DNA from: Klebsiella phage P-K7R
Sequence record: OM317910.1
Length of the DNA: 51,908 nucleotides
Strand: one strand, 5' to 3'
Shown here: positions 17,749 to 28,230 of the stretch, in pieces
Position numbering within the stretch: the first letter of the stretch is position 1
How the letters are laid out: each line of letters opens with the position of its first letter
Notes under the pieces: generated by a model
The model's database searches: none
What the model saw: the letters and a program-made list of their open reading frames with translations, nothing else
What the model was told of the DNA's origin: nothing
Program-made: the position numbers and the translations under genes

Positions 17749-18063
17749 ATGGCTAAATTCAAACTCAAAATCGCCCCGATGCCGGATTTCAAACTACCAG
17801 TAAAATTCAAACTCCCGAACGGCGATGAAGCAACGATTGTATTTACCGTCAAGCACAAAAAATCAACCGAAATTCAAGAGCTTTACCAGCGCGAAGCCAT
17901 GCGCGACGCAGAGTTTATCACTGAAATCGCTACTGGCTGGGATCTGGAAGAAGAATTTAACGAAGAAAACGCCGCTGCCCTCGTTGAATATTATCCGGCT
18001 GCGGCCCTGGCCCTTATGGGTTCTTACCTGGGCGCACTTGCGGGCCAGCGCGTAAAAAACTAA
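17749..18063 (+). CDS. Tail assembly chaperone, zero-frame product (lambda gpG-like)
   Basis: Position upstream of tape measure; ends at frameshift site. Confidence 0.85.
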   Translation: MAKFKLKIAPMPDFKLPVKFKLPNGDEATIVFTVKHKKSTEIQELYQREAMRDAEFITEIATGWDLEEEFNEENAAALVEYYPAAALALMGSYLGALAGQRVKN

Positions 18064-18374
18064 AACGGGCGGTTTACCTGTATTACCAGAAACCGCCCAC
18101 TGACGAAGAGTTAAAAGCGGTTGGCCTTACCCGTTCCGATTACGAAGGTGAGGAGCCGCCGGAAATCATCTTTGATGAGAGCATGAGTCAATCGTGGGAT
18201 GTGTTTTGCGCTATGCAAACGCAATGGCGATCGGCTGGTGCTGGTGCTTATGGCCTTGATTACAATGTTTTGCCAATGCTATTCAGAATCTATAAAATAG
18301 AGGACGAAGAAATGGCCCTAAACGATTTGCGTATCATGGAGCAAAAAGCACTCGAAATGATGCACAACAAATAA
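17749..18374 (+). CDS. Tail assembly chaperone, -1 frameshift product (lambda gpGT-like)
   Basis: A_AAA_AAC at 18054..18060; the -1 frame is open through 18374 with peptide KKLKRAVYLYYQKPPTDEELKAVGLTRSDYEGEEPPEIIFDES... Confidence 0.9.
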
Positions 18375-18377
18375 CAA

Positions 18378-18402
18378 AGCGCCTTCGGGCGCTTTTTTCG
18401 TA
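18378..18402 (+). terminator. Terminator AAGCGCC-TTCG-GGCGCTTTTTT
   Basis: UUCG-loop stem plus U tract. Confidence 0.88.
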
Positions 18403-18418
18403 TACGGAGGAAAAGCTT

Positions 18419-21346
18419 ATGGCAGAACAATACGCTGGTTTGTCGCTTGGCGTTGACGTGTCACAAGTCACCTTTGCCGTGAAGTCGCTAAAGCAATTCA
18501 AGCGAGCGAACGAAGAAGCGGCGCAAGGTGTGAAGGATTTCGTTAACGAGGAGCAAATTGCACGCGAGCAAGCGAAGCGGCTACGCGAGGAAATCAAGCG
18601 GCAGCGGCAGGCGTTCGAAAGCGTGCAAAGCGCTATCGACCCGACAGCGGCGAAGATTAGGCGGCTATCGGCGGCGGCTGGCGAACTCGACAAGCTTTGG
18701 CAAAAAGGCGTCGTGCCTGACGAGGAGTTTTTTAACCTTAGCTCAATGATCGAGAGCCAGATTGGCAAGCTGGAGCGAAACAAGCGGGCGTTAACCGAGG
18801 AAGGGCGGGCGGCTATCGAAGAATCGCGGAACAAGGAAAAGGCGGCGAAATCCGGCGCGGCATTCCTTGCGAGCCTTGAAGATCAGGCAAACGCAATCGG
18901 CAAGACGCGATCCGAATTGCTGGAAATGAAAGCGGCACAACTTGGCGTTAGTGCTCAGGCGGCCCCGTTCATTCAGCAATTGAAGGCTCAAGAAAAACAA
19001 ATGGGGCTTGCTGGGTTGACGGCGGGCCAGTATAGCCAGGCTATGCGAATGCTTCCGGCTCAGATTACGGACGTGGTAACGTCGCTTGCTTCTGGCATGC
19101 CGATCTGGCTGGTTGCGATCCAGCAGGGCGGGCAAATCAAAGACTCTTTCGGCGGCATTAGTAATACGTTTAAAGTGTTAATGTCGTATTTAACCCCGGC
19201 TCGCATCCTGATTGGTGGCGTGGTTGGCACGGTCGCGGCCCTGGCAAAAGCTGGATATGACGCCTACGATTCGCAGCGCACATTGCAAAAGGCGCTGATT
19301 ATGACGGGCGGATATGCTGGCAGCAGCGCGACAGAAATCAAATCCTTGGTTAATGAGATCGCAGGTTCTGCGGCGGTCGCAACTTCGGGCCAGATCCTGG
19401 AAGTCGCAACGGCGGTTGCCAAAACTGGCAAGTTCACGAAAGATGAGCTAAAGACGATCACTAAGGCTACGGCGGATTGGGTGGCAACCACTGGAGAATC
19501 AACGGAAAAGGTTATTGGCTATTTCGAGAATATCGCGAAAGACCCGATTAAGGGGCTGGCGGAATTAAACGAAACCTTTAACTTTCTGGATAAAGGCCAG
19601 CTAACCTACATCGCCACGCTTGAGAAGACGAAAGGCAAAGTCGAGGCCGTGCAATATGCAACGGAGCTTTTCGCTAAAACGATGAAAGACCGTTCAGACG
19701 AGATTGCCGAAAGCGCAACGCCACTTGAAAAAATGTGGATTGACATTAAACAGTGGGCGTCCGAAGCGTGGGAAGAGGTAGGCATTGTAACGCTGACAGC
19801 CGGGAACATGATCGCCGATGTTGTGATGGGCATCGTTAACCAAATCCGCCTGATCTTGGCTCAGGGCGATAAGATGATTGCGGATTTCCTGGTGAGCGTT
19901 GGCAATAAAACCTCATCGCTTCCCGTAATCGGCTCATGGTTCCAGGGGGTCGCAAAGGAACAAGCAGCCGTAGCCAAAAAATCAGCGAAAGAGATCTCAG
20001 AGCTTGAGCAGCGGATTGCGGAAATTGACGGGCGGTTATCTAACCCGGCAGGTTATCGCAAAATGGTTGAGGAGCAAGGCAAGTTTGCGGGCAAGTCAAA
20101 GGAAGTTAAGGAGGCTGTAAGTAAAGAGGCCGAGGCGCTCAAAGATCGCAACAAGGAGCAAAAGGTTACTATTGATCAGGGAACTCGACTGCTAGACCAG
20201 TATGAGCAGGACTTGATCGCGCTGAAAACTCAATTAAAGGTGTTAAAAGAGCATCGCGATATCAACGACAAGATCAGCCAGCAGCGCAAAAACTTATGGA
20301 ATACTCAGGCACGCTTTCAAGTGCTGGAGAAGGAAGCGCAGCGACGCCAGTTAACAGCAGATGAGCGGGCCGAACTGGCTAACAAGGACAAGATTTTAGC
20401 CCTACGCGAGCAGGCGGCGGTAATTGGAGATCAGATTACCAAGCAAGAGCAGTTGATTAAACGCGAGCAGGACGCAGCAAAATTCCTACGGGAACAAGCG
20501 GCGGCAATCGCAAAAATCCAGGCCAAGGCGCAAGGTAAATCAGATCGGCAGGCGTCGCGCGATGCAGAATTGGAGCAAATCAAATCCAGTTGGCTAAACC
20601 AGGGTGGTAGCCTTGAGGATCAGGAATTGCAAGCAATGCTGGCTAAACGGCAAGAGTATTACGCCGAGGAGGACAGCTTGCGCGGTAACTGGCTGGCGGG
20701 CATCAAAAAATCCTGGGCCGAGTACGGCGAAACCGTAACCGATATTAACGGGCAAATTGAGAACATCGGCATGTCTGCGTTGAGCGGTCTTTCTGATCAG
20801 CTAACAGAGTTTTTGACCACTGGCAAAGCCAGCTTTAAAGACTTTGCGTCAAGCATCATTGGAATGATTGTTAAGATGATCGCGCAAATGGTTATCTTTA
20901 ACACACTTTCCGGCATGATGGGCGGCGGCGGTGGCGGTAGCTTCTCGTTCGCGAATATGCTTGGCGGAGGCGGCAAGGCTGCGAAAGGGTATTCAGACGG
21001 CGGATACACTGGCGACGGCGGAAAGTACGAGCCAAAAGGCATTGTACACGGCGGCGAATTTGTATTCACCAAAGAGGCGACAAGGCGGATTGGTACGCGC
21101 AACCTGTATAAACTCATGCGTGGATATGCGAACGGCGGCGTAGTTGGCGGCAATACCTACGGCGGCGCGTCTACTTCGGCGGCTGGATCTCAATTCACCT
21201 TTGGAGATATCAATGTTGATATCAACAACGGAAACGATCCGAAAGGCTTGGAGACTGGCGTTAGGATGATTTTCACCGAAATGATTCAACGTGCATGCGC
21301 ACAAGGCGGAGAAGTTTACAACTTTGTTAATAGCAAGAGGGGCTAA
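18419..21346 (+). CDS. Tail tape measure protein
   Basis: 975 aa; coiled coils; hydrophobic central segments; position. Confidence 0.95.
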   Translation: MAEQYAGLSLGVDVSQVTFAVKSLKQFKRANEEAAQGVKDFVNEEQIAREQAKRLREEIKRQRQAFESVQSAIDPTAAKIRRLSAAAGELDKLWQKGVVPDEEFFNLSSMIESQIGKLERNKRALTEEGRAAIEESRNKEKAAKSGAAFLASLEDQANAIGKTRSELLEMKAAQLGVSAQAAPFIQQLKAQEKQMGLAGLTAGQYSQAMRMLPAQITDVVTSLASGMPIWLVAIQQGGQIKDSFGGISNTFKVLMSYLTPARILIGGVVGTVAALAKAGYDAYDSQRTLQKALIMTGGYAGSSATEIKSLVNEIAGSAAVATSGQILEVATAVAKTGKFTKDELKTITKATADWVATTGESTEKVIGYFENIAKDPIKGLAELNETFNFLDKGQLTYIATLEKTKGKVEAVQYATELFAKTMKDRSDEIAESATPLEKMWIDIKQWASEAWEEVGIVTLTAGNMIADVVMGIVNQIRLILAQGDKMIADFLVSVGNKTSSLPVIGSWFQGVAKEQAAVAKKSAKEISELEQRIAEIDGRLSNPAGYRKMVEEQGKFAGKSKEVKEAVSKEAEALKDRNKEQKVTIDQGTRLLDQYEQDLIALKTQLKVLKEHRDINDKISQQRKNLWNTQARFQVLEKEAQRRQLTADERAELANKDKILALREQAAVIGDQITKQEQLIKREQDAAKFLREQAAAIAKIQAKAQGKSDRQASRDAELEQIKSSWLNQGGSLEDQELQAMLAKRQEYYAEEDSLRGNWLAGIKKSWAEYGETVTDINGQIENIGMSALSGLSDQLTEFLTTGKASFKDFASSIIGMIVKMIAQMVIFNTLSGMMGGGGGGSFSFANMLGGGGKAAKGYSDGGYTGDGGKYEPKGIVHGGEFVFTKEATRRIGTRNLYKLMRGYANGGVVGGNTYGGASTSAAGSQFTFGDINVDINNGNDPKGLETGVRMIFTEMIQRACAQGGEVYNFVNSKRG

Positions 21347-21348
21347 TT

Positions 21349-21699
21349 ATGGCGCTTGATGAATTTACATGGTGTACCCAAACGCAGGGAGGCGGCGGGG
21401 CAATGACAACGGAGAATAACGATCGGGAGGTTGTTTTCGGGAATGGATATAAGCAAGTCGCGTCGTCTGGCTTCAACACGGTTCGTCGCTCGTTCTCTAT
21501 CGTTTACGCCGGGAAGGATTACAAAAAAGTTATCGACTTCCTGAATGGTCACAGGCTAAAGCCGTTTCTATGGGTTATGCCAGATGGAAACCTGGGGTTA
21601 TTCCGGGTTAAGTCTGGAACCGTGTCGGCGTCGCCAGTATCGCCAACCGTTCAGGAAGTAAAGGCAACTTTTGAGGAGCAATTTACATCCATTAAATAA
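21349..21699 (+). CDS. Minor tail protein (lambda gpM-like)
   Basis: Synteny; VSPTVQEVKATFEEQF end. Confidence 0.8.
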   Translation: MALDEFTWCTQTQGGGGAMTTENNDREVVFGNGYKQVASSGFNTVRRSFSIVYAGKDYKKVIDFLNGHRLKPFLWVMPDGNLGLFRVKSGTVSASPVSPTVQEVKATFEEQFTSIK

Positions 21700-21764
21700 C
21701 CAGCGGCCCGCCTTTTGTGCGGGCCTTTGTTGTTCTATAATGGCTAAAAAGAGGAGAAAACATT

Positions 21765-22520
21765 ATGGCTAATGAGGTTAGTTCGGCTTTCGGTAACTGC
21801 TTGCAAAGCCTTTACCCCGGAGAAATCATAACGCTTGTTGAGGTTGACGGCACAAAGTTTGGGGCGCAGATATACCGCTTCCATAACGAGAATATCGCCT
21901 ATACGCCAGAGGAGCTAATGCAAGCGCGGCAAACTGGCACACTACCGGAGAAAAACATCATCTTTCGCGGCGACGTTTACGGAGCGCGGCCTTTCGGTAT
22001 ATCAGGGATAAATTTCACCAGCAACGGGAAGGCAGAGAAACCACAGCTAACGCTATCAAATGTTGACAGCCAGGTTTCTGCGCTAATCCGGGCCTATAAC
22101 GGCATGATGCAAGCGAAGGTTACTATCTGGATCACACCGTCCGATCTGATTGATAATTCTGGAAACGTTGCCGATGGTGATTATCGCAAGATGGTTTATT
22201 ACATCGAACGTCCCAATTTTTGTAACCAGTCAACGGCGCGATTTGATTTAACCACGCCTTACGATATGGACGGAATTATGATTCCGCCGCGCACGGCTCA
22301 AAGCGTTTGCTATTGGGCGCAAAGGGGATGGTATCGTTCCGGCAAGGGTTGCGGATATAACGGATCTCGAATGTTCGACAAAGACAACAATCCTGTTTCA
22401 GATCCGAGCCAGGACTTTTGCGCTGGAACAGCTACGGCTTGCAAACTGCGTTTCGGAGCGGATCGGGAACTTGATTTCGGCGGATGTGCCGTGGCATCAC
22501 TATTGAGGAAAAATCAATGA
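21765..22520 (+). CDS. Minor tail protein (lambda gpL-like)
   Basis: Cys-containing C-terminal region CGYNGSRMFD...CRLRF-like; synteny. Confidence 0.85.
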   Translation: MANEVSSAFGNCLQSLYPGEIITLVEVDGTKFGAQIYRFHNENIAYTPEELMQARQTGTLPEKNIIFRGDVYGARPFGISGINFTSNGKAEKPQLTLSNVDSQVSALIRAYNGMMQAKVTIWITPSDLIDNSGNVADGDYRKMVYYIERPNFCNQSTARFDLTTPYDMDGIMIPPRTAQSVCYWAQRGWYRSGKGCGYNGSRMFDKDNNPVSDPSQDFCAGTATACKLRFGADRELDFGGCAVASLLRKNQ

Positions 22521-23233
22521 TTAGTGCAAAAATTAAACTTGAGATTATGCGCCACGCGCAAGACGTTTACCCGCATGAATGCTGCGGCGTGGTGACTCAA
22601 AAAAGCCGGGTGCAAAAATTCCATCCGATCGCCAACGTTCACGCAGACCCTGAAAATCATTTCGAAATGGATGCAGCAGAATACGCACAGGCGCTTGATA
22701 GCGGCGAGCTAATCGCGGTTATACATTCACATACCGGGGACGGCGCAACGACGCTACCGAGCGCACACGATACGTGCATTTGCGATGAAATGGGTGTGAC
22801 CTGGATTATTGTTTCCTTGCCGGAGGGCGATATGCGTTTTGTTGAGCCGCAATCAAGGCCGCTGACTGGTCGCCCCTGGTCGCTGGGTTCATACGATTGT
22901 TGGGGGCTGGTGATGGCCTGGCACAAAGAGCACGGCGTTACGCTTAACGATTTCCGTAAACCCTATGAATGGTGGAAGCCGGAGCACGGCGAGAACCTCT
23001 ATGAAGATAACTATCTGAAAGAGGGATTCATTCCAACGGGCAAGCCGCCAGAGCCTGGCGATATGGTGATTATGCAGTTACAAGCGTCAGTTTGGAACCA
23101 TGCCGGAATCTACTTGGGCAACAACCAATTGTTGCATCATGCTTTCGGTAAGTTGTCACGCCAGGATCTCTATTCTGGATGGTATCAAGATCACACTGTC
23201 ATGGTGTGCAGACATAAGGATTTAAAGTTATGA
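22517..23233 (+). CDS. Tail assembly protein (lambda gpK-like; JAMM + NlpC/P60)
   Basis: AVIHSHTG..ATTLPSAHD and YDCWGLVMAWH...NHAGIYLG..QLLHH. Confidence 0.92.
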   Translation: MISAKIKLEIMRHAQDVYPHECCGVVTQKSRVQKFHPIANVHADPENHFEMDAAEYAQALDSGELIAVIHSHTGDGATTLPSAHDTCICDEMGVTWIIVSLPEGDMRFVEPQSRPLTGRPWSLGSYDCWGLVMAWHKEHGVTLNDFRKPYEWWKPEHGENLYEDNYLKEGFIPTGKPPEPGDMVIMQLQASVWNHAGIYLGNNQLLHHAFGKLSRQDLYSGWYQDHTVMVCRHKDLKL

Positions 23234-23832
23234 TGCAGACAGTTAAAACTATCAAGCTTTCTGGCTCGCTGGGGCGTCGTTTCGGCGTTTTTCATGAGTT
23301 AGCCGTTGATTCATACCCCGAAGCAATCCGGGCGCTCTCAGTGACGCTGGAGGGCTTTAAAGACTATATGCAAAGTGAAGTTGGGGCGCGTATGAAGTAC
23401 GCCGTTTTTGTCGATGGTCGCAACGTGAGCCATAACGACGAAAGGGCTTGGCAATGCGCAAAAGAGATCCGCATTATCCCGATCCCCACAGGCTCAAAAT
23501 CTGGTGGTCTGTTTCAGGTTGTTTTGGGCGCGGCGATTATGGCTACCGCGTTTTTTACTGGTGGCGCGTCGCTTGCGGCTATGGGGGCGTTTGCCTCATC
23601 CGCTTTCATGTTCGGCGGCGCAATGGTGCTGGGTGGCGTTATGCAGATGATTTCCCCGCAACAAGGCGGCGCGATGTTTGAAAGCCAGAGTGCAGAAAAT
23701 AAACCATCATACGCTTTCGGCGGGGCGGTCAATACAACGGCGGCAGGATACCCAATCCCGCTACCGTATGGACAGCGCACCGTGGGCGGCGCAGTATGGA
23801 GCGCCGGGAGTTATGCAGAGGATATGGTTTAA
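23230..23832 (+). CDS. Tail assembly protein (lambda gpI-like)
   Basis: Ubiquitin-like N-terminus and Gly/Ala-rich segment; synteny. Confidence 0.85.
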   Translation: MMQTVKTIKLSGSLGRRFGVFHELAVDSYPEAIRALSVTLEGFKDYMQSEVGARMKYAVFVDGRNVSHNDERAWQCAKEIRIIPIPTGSKSGGLFQVVLGAAIMATAFFTGGASLAAMGAFASSAFMFGGAMVLGGVMQMISPQQGGAMFESQSAENKPSYAFGGAVNTTAAGYPIPLPYGQRTVGGAVWSAGSYAEDMV

Positions 23833-23838
23833 GTTATT

Positions 23839-23861
23839 GCCCGCCTTGCGCGGGCTTTTTT
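23839..23861 (+). terminator. Terminator GCCCGC-CTTGC-GCGGGCTTTTTT
   Basis: Stem plus U tract. Confidence 0.85.
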
Positions 23862-23874
23862 GTGTCCGTATAAT
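23846..23874 (+). promoter_or_regulatory. Sigma70-like promoter TTGCGC-N17-TATAAT nested in the terminator, ahead of the J-like gene
   Basis: Direct reading. Confidence 0.55.
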
Positions 23875-23910
23875 GTGTAAACCGATAAACAGCACAAAAG
23901 GTTAAAACTC

Positions 23911-26900
23911 ATGGCAAAAAATGTGATAACCGGGAGTAAAGGCGGCTCATCAAAGCCTAGCAAGCCAAAGGAAATGCAAGATAACCTAATTTCCATTAAC
24001 AAAATCAAAGTATTACTGGCGGTTTCCGATGGTGAGTGCGATCCTGATTTCTCGTTAAAAAATTTGCTTCTTGATGATGTTGTTGTTCAGAACGAGGACG
24101 GGACATTTAACTATGAGGGCGTTACGGCTGAATTTAGGCCGGGGACTCAGGATCAGCCATACATCCAGGGTTTTACAGATACCTCAAGCGAAATAACGGT
24201 TGCTCGTGATCTGACAACTAAAACACCGTATAGCATTTCAGTAACCAACAAGAACCTTTCTGCGATCAGAATCCGCGTGCTGATGCCGCGAGGCGTTACC
24301 AGTGAGGACGACGGCGATCTGGTTGGTGTTCGCGTTGAGTATGCGGTTGATATGGCGGTTGACGGCGGTTCGTTTAATCAGGTAATGAGCGACGTTATCG
24401 AAGGTAAGACAACAAGCGGTTACGATCGGAGCCGCCGTATTGATTTACCGAGCTTTAACAGCCAGGTGATTTTGCGAGTTCGCCGTGTGACGCCTGACAG
24501 CACAAGCGCAAAGGTGGCGGACGCAATCAAGCTGCAAAGTTACGCAGAGGTTATTGATGCAAAATTCCGTTATCCGCTGACTGGTCTAGTTTACGTTGAA
24601 TTTGATTCCGAGTTGTTCCCGAACCAGATCCCGAACATCTCAACCAAAAAGCGCTGGAAGTTGATAAACATCCCGTCGAATTACGACCCGATTGCTCGGA
24701 CGTATTCTGGAAACTGGAACGGGACATTTAAAAAGGCGTGGAGCAATAACCCGGCTTGGGTGCTTTATGACTTAATCACCAATCAGCGCTACGGACTCGA
24801 TCAACGTGAGTTGGGCATTCCGCTTGATAAGTGGGCGCTTTACGATGCGGGCCGCTATTGTGATCAGATGGTGCCGGACGGAAAAGGCGGAACAGAACCG
24901 CGCTATCTGTGCGATGTTGTGATACAGAGCCAAGTTGAGGCTTACCAGCTTGTGACTGATATTTGCTCAATCTTCCGTGGAATGACTTTCTGGAACGGAG
25001 AGAGCCTTTCCATCGTCGTCGATAAGCCGCGCGAGCCGTCCTACATTTTCACAAACGATAACGTAGTTAACGGGGAATTTTCCTACACGTTCGCCAGTGA
25101 AAAGAGCATGTATACATCTTGCAACGTCACTTTCGACGATGAGCAAAACTTGTATCAGCAGGACGTAGAGCCAGTTTTCGACACAGAGGCAGCATTGCGT
25201 TTCGGTCACAACCCGACAAGCATCACCGCGATCGGATGCACTCGACGCAGCGAAGCAAACCGCCGTGGGCGCTGGATTCTTAAAACCAACTTGCGCAGCA
25301 CTACGGTTAACTTTGCTACTGGCCTAGAGGGCATGATCCCGACGATAGGCGACGTTGTGGCTATTTCGGACAACTTCTGGAGCAGCAACTTAGCGCTCAA
25401 CCTTTCCGGTCGTGTGATGGAGGTTAGCGGCTTGCAAGTCTTCTTGCCGTTTAAGGTTGACGCGCGAGCGGGCGATTTCATCATGATCAACAAGCCGGAC
25501 GGCAAGCCAGTCAAGCGCACGATTTCGCGTGTTAGCGCAGACGGCAAAACCATTGAGCTAAATGTTGGTTTCGGTTTCGACGTTAAGCCGGATGCAGTTT
25601 TTGCCATTGAGCGCACAGATATTGCATTGCAGCAATACGTTGTGACGCAAATCACCAAAGGCGACGGCGACGAGGAGTTTACGTACAGCATTACGGCTGT
25701 ACAGTACGATCCGAACAAATACGATGCGATTGATTACGGCGTCAACGTTGACGACCGACCAACCAGCATTGTTGACCCGGATAGACTGGCAGCGCCGAAA
25801 AACGTCAAGCTGTCCTCCTACTCTCGCGTTTTGCAGGGTGTTAGCGTTGAAACGATGCATGTTAGCTGGGACAAAGTGCCATACGCGAGCGCGTATGAAA
25901 TGCAGTGGCGCAAGGGTAATGGTAACTGGCACAACACGCCGCAAACAGCAAACAAAGAGATCGAGGTTGAAGGCATTTATGCTGGCAATTACGCCGTGCG
26001 CGTTCGTTCAGTTTCTGCGAGCGGTAGCTCGTCTGGATGGTCGAACATCGTAACCGCTTCCCTGACTGGTAAAGTTGGCGAGCCTGGAGCGCCGATTAAC
26101 TTAACGGCCTCAACCGATGAGGTATTTGGTATTCGCGTCAAGTGGGGCATGCCAGCAGGAACAGAGGACACGGCCTATATTGAATTGCAGCAGTCGGAAA
26201 CAGGAAGCGAAGAGGCGGCGACGCTCTTAACGCTGGTTCCGTATCCGCAAAGCGAATACTGGCACAGCATTCTCCCGGCTGGTTACGTCAATCATTATCG
26301 CATTCGTAGCGTTGACAGAATCGGCAACGTTTCGGCTTGGACTAATTTTGTTCGCGGTCAATCCTCTATTGATCTGGATGAAATCACTGGAGCCATCCTT
26401 GACGACATTTTAGAAAGTGAAGGGTTGAAGGATCTGATTGAGGGGTCTATTGAACAATCAGACAAGATCCAAGATGCGGTTAATACTGCAAAGGATGCAG
26501 CAAACAAAATCAAAAACCAGGCTCAAGCTGTTATCGAAAACGCATTGGCGACCGATGTTAACTTGCGATGGAATCGCGTGCAGAACGGCAAGAGAAAGGC
26601 GGAAATCGGTCAAACCGTGGAAATGGTAGCCGACGAAACGCAAGCCCGCATAGACGCAATAGCGAAGCTTAGAACCGAGTTCGATAAAGGAATTACCGCA
26701 GAGATTACGAAGGTGATCCAGTTAATTTCCGATGAATCGCAAACGCGGGCTACTCAGGTGCAGGAACTGCGCACGGAGTTCACAACCGAAATCGGCAAGA
26801 CTAACGCAAGCGTTCAGCGAGCAGAGGAGGCGATCACAAACGAGAGTGAGGCAAGGGCGCAAGCAATTACCAACCTCGACGCAAAATTAACAAAAGTAAT

Positions 26901-28188
26901 TAATGATGCGAAAGTTGAGCTAAACGCCAACATTCAACGAGTCGATCAGGCTGTTACCGATGAGGCCGGGGCGCGTGCTCAAGCTATCGAATCACTGAAA
27001 GCTGAATTTAAAAAGACGATTGACGGAGCCAAGAAAGAGCTAACAGCGAGCATTGACCGAGTTGATCAGGCTGTTACCGATGAAAGCGAAGCGAGGGCGC
27101 AAGCTGTCCAATCACTCGACGCAAAGCTAACGAAGCTTGTTGGAGACACAAAAACCGAAATCAACGCCAGCATTAACCGTGTTGATCAGGCAGTAGCCAA
27201 TGAAGCAGAGGCAAGGGCTAACGCCGATACCGCGTTAAGTACGCAGATTGGGGAGACTAAAGCGGCGTTAACGCAAAAGTTAGACTCATGGGTTACGGCT
27301 GAAAATGCTGGTGTGATGTACGGTGTAAACCTGGGCCTCAAGTACAAAGGCAAGGAATACAAGGCTGGCATGAACCTTATGCTGGTTGGCGAAGGCGATA
27401 ACGCCAAATCGCAATTCCTGTTTAGTGCTGACAGGTTCGCAATCATCCCATCCCTAGAGCGTGGCGATCTTAAAACATTGCCGTTTGTTGTTGAAAACAA
27501 TCAGGTTTTCATGCAATCAGCACTCATTAAAGACGGCACGATCACAAATGCCAAGATTGGTGATTTCATAAAGTCTAACAATTGGGATGGTAATAACGGC
27601 TGGTACATTGGCAAAGATGGGTGGTCTAGCTTCCTGAATGTTACGGTTCGCGGGACGATTTACGGTAACGATGGTTACTTTAATGGCACTGTTTACGCAA
27701 GCCGCATTGAAGGTGACGTTATGATCGCAGAATCTGACACGATACCGTTCAGGAACTACGACAGCGTTCCGGGAGGCGACTATGAGATTTTCAGGATTAA
27801 CGGGGAGGATTTTGACCGACAGATCGATACAAACCTTATTGTTTGGTGCTCTTGCTCTCAGCGAAATTATTTTCGCTTGATTGTGCAAACGCCAGGTAAG
27901 GGCGATGTTGAATATTATTATCTTGACACTGGCAACGAAGGTGGCGGTAGGGCGTTTGCTTTGCGCGGGTTCTACATCCCGGCAGCGGGAAGGGGCCAGC
28001 AAAACAGGATCATTGTTAGAGTTCAGGAAAGCCGAAGCTCAACAATCAAGACCTACACGCCTTGGGTGGAGCGTGAGATGGGGCAGAAGTACAACGATGT
28101 TACTAACTCCTCAATCAACAACCGAAACTTCATTCGTGAAAAATCATACATTGCAGCATACCGCGCTGGGCGTCGGATTATTGCATAA
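23911..28188 (+). CDS. Tail tip / host specificity protein (lambda gpJ-like)
   Basis: 1425 aa; J-family N-terminus, FN3-like domains, coiled-coil repeats, C-terminal receptor region. Confidence 0.93.
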   Translation: MAKNVITGSKGGSSKPSKPKEMQDNLISINKIKVLLAVSDGECDPDFSLKNLLLDDVVVQNEDGTFNYEGVTAEFRPGTQDQPYIQGFTDTSSEITVARDLTTKTPYSISVTNKNLSAIRIRVLMPRGVTSEDDGDLVGVRVEYAVDMAVDGGSFNQVMSDVIEGKTTSGYDRSRRIDLPSFNSQVILRVRRVTPDSTSAKVADAIKLQSYAEVIDAKFRYPLTGLVYVEFDSELFPNQIPNISTKKRWKLINIPSNYDPIARTYSGNWNGTFKKAWSNNPAWVLYDLITNQRYGLDQRELGIPLDKWALYDAGRYCDQMVPDGKGGTEPRYLCDVVIQSQVEAYQLVTDICSIFRGMTFWNGESLSIVVDKPREPSYIFTNDNVVNGEFSYTFASEKSMYTSCNVTFDDEQNLYQQDVEPVFDTEAALRFGHNPTSITAIGCTRRSEANRRGRWILKTNLRSTTVNFATGLEGMIPTIGDVVAISDNFWSSNLALNLSGRVMEVSGLQVFLPFKVDARAGDFIMINKPDGKPVKRTISRVSADGKTIELNVGFGFDVKPDAVFAIERTDIALQQYVVTQITKGDGDEEFTYSITAVQYDPNKYDAIDYGVNVDDRPTSIVDPDRLAAPKNVKLSSYSRVLQGVSVETMHVSWDKVPYASAYEMQWRKGNGNWHNTPQTANKEIEVEGIYAGNYAVRVRSVSASGSSSGWSNIVTASLTGKVGEPGAPINLTASTDEVFGIRVKWGMPAGTEDTAYIELQQSETGSEEAATLLTLVPYPQSEYWHSILPAGYVNHYRIRSVDRIGNVSAWTNFVRGQSSIDLDEITGAILDDILESEGLKDLIEGSIEQSDKIQDAVNTAKDAANKIKNQAQAVIENALATDVNLRWNRVQNGKRKAEIGQTVEMVADETQARIDAIAKLRTEFDKGITAEITKVIQLISDESQTRATQVQELRTEFTTEIGKTNASVQRAEEAITNESEARAQAITNLDAKLTKVINDAKVELNANIQRVDQAVTDEAGARAQAIESLKAEFKKTIDGAKKELTASIDRVDQAVTDESEARAQAVQSLDAKLTKLVGDTKTEINASINRVDQAVANEAEARANADTALSTQIGETKAALTQKLDSWVTAENAGVMYGVNLGLKYKGKEYKAGMNLMLVGEGDNAKSQFLFSADRFAIIPSLERGDLKTLPFVVENNQVFMQSALIKDGTITNAKIGDFIKSNNWDGNNGWYIGKDGWSSFLNVTVRGTIYGNDGYFNGTVYASRIEGDVMIAESDTIPFRNYDSVPGGDYEIFRINGEDFDRQIDTNLIVWCSCSQRNYFRLIVQTPGKGDVEYYYLDTGNEGGGRAFALRGFYIPAAGRGQQNRIIVRVQESRSSTIKTYTPWVEREMGQKYNDVTNSSINNRNFIREKSYIAAYRAGRRIIA

Positions 28189-28189
28189 C

Positions 28190-28230
28190 CAAAAGGGGGC
28201 CAATCGGCTCCCTTTGTTCTTTTTGTTTCT
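28190..28230 (+). terminator. Terminator-like hairpin GGGGGCC-AATC-GGCTCCC + T-rich tract
   Basis: End of tail module. Confidence 0.6.
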
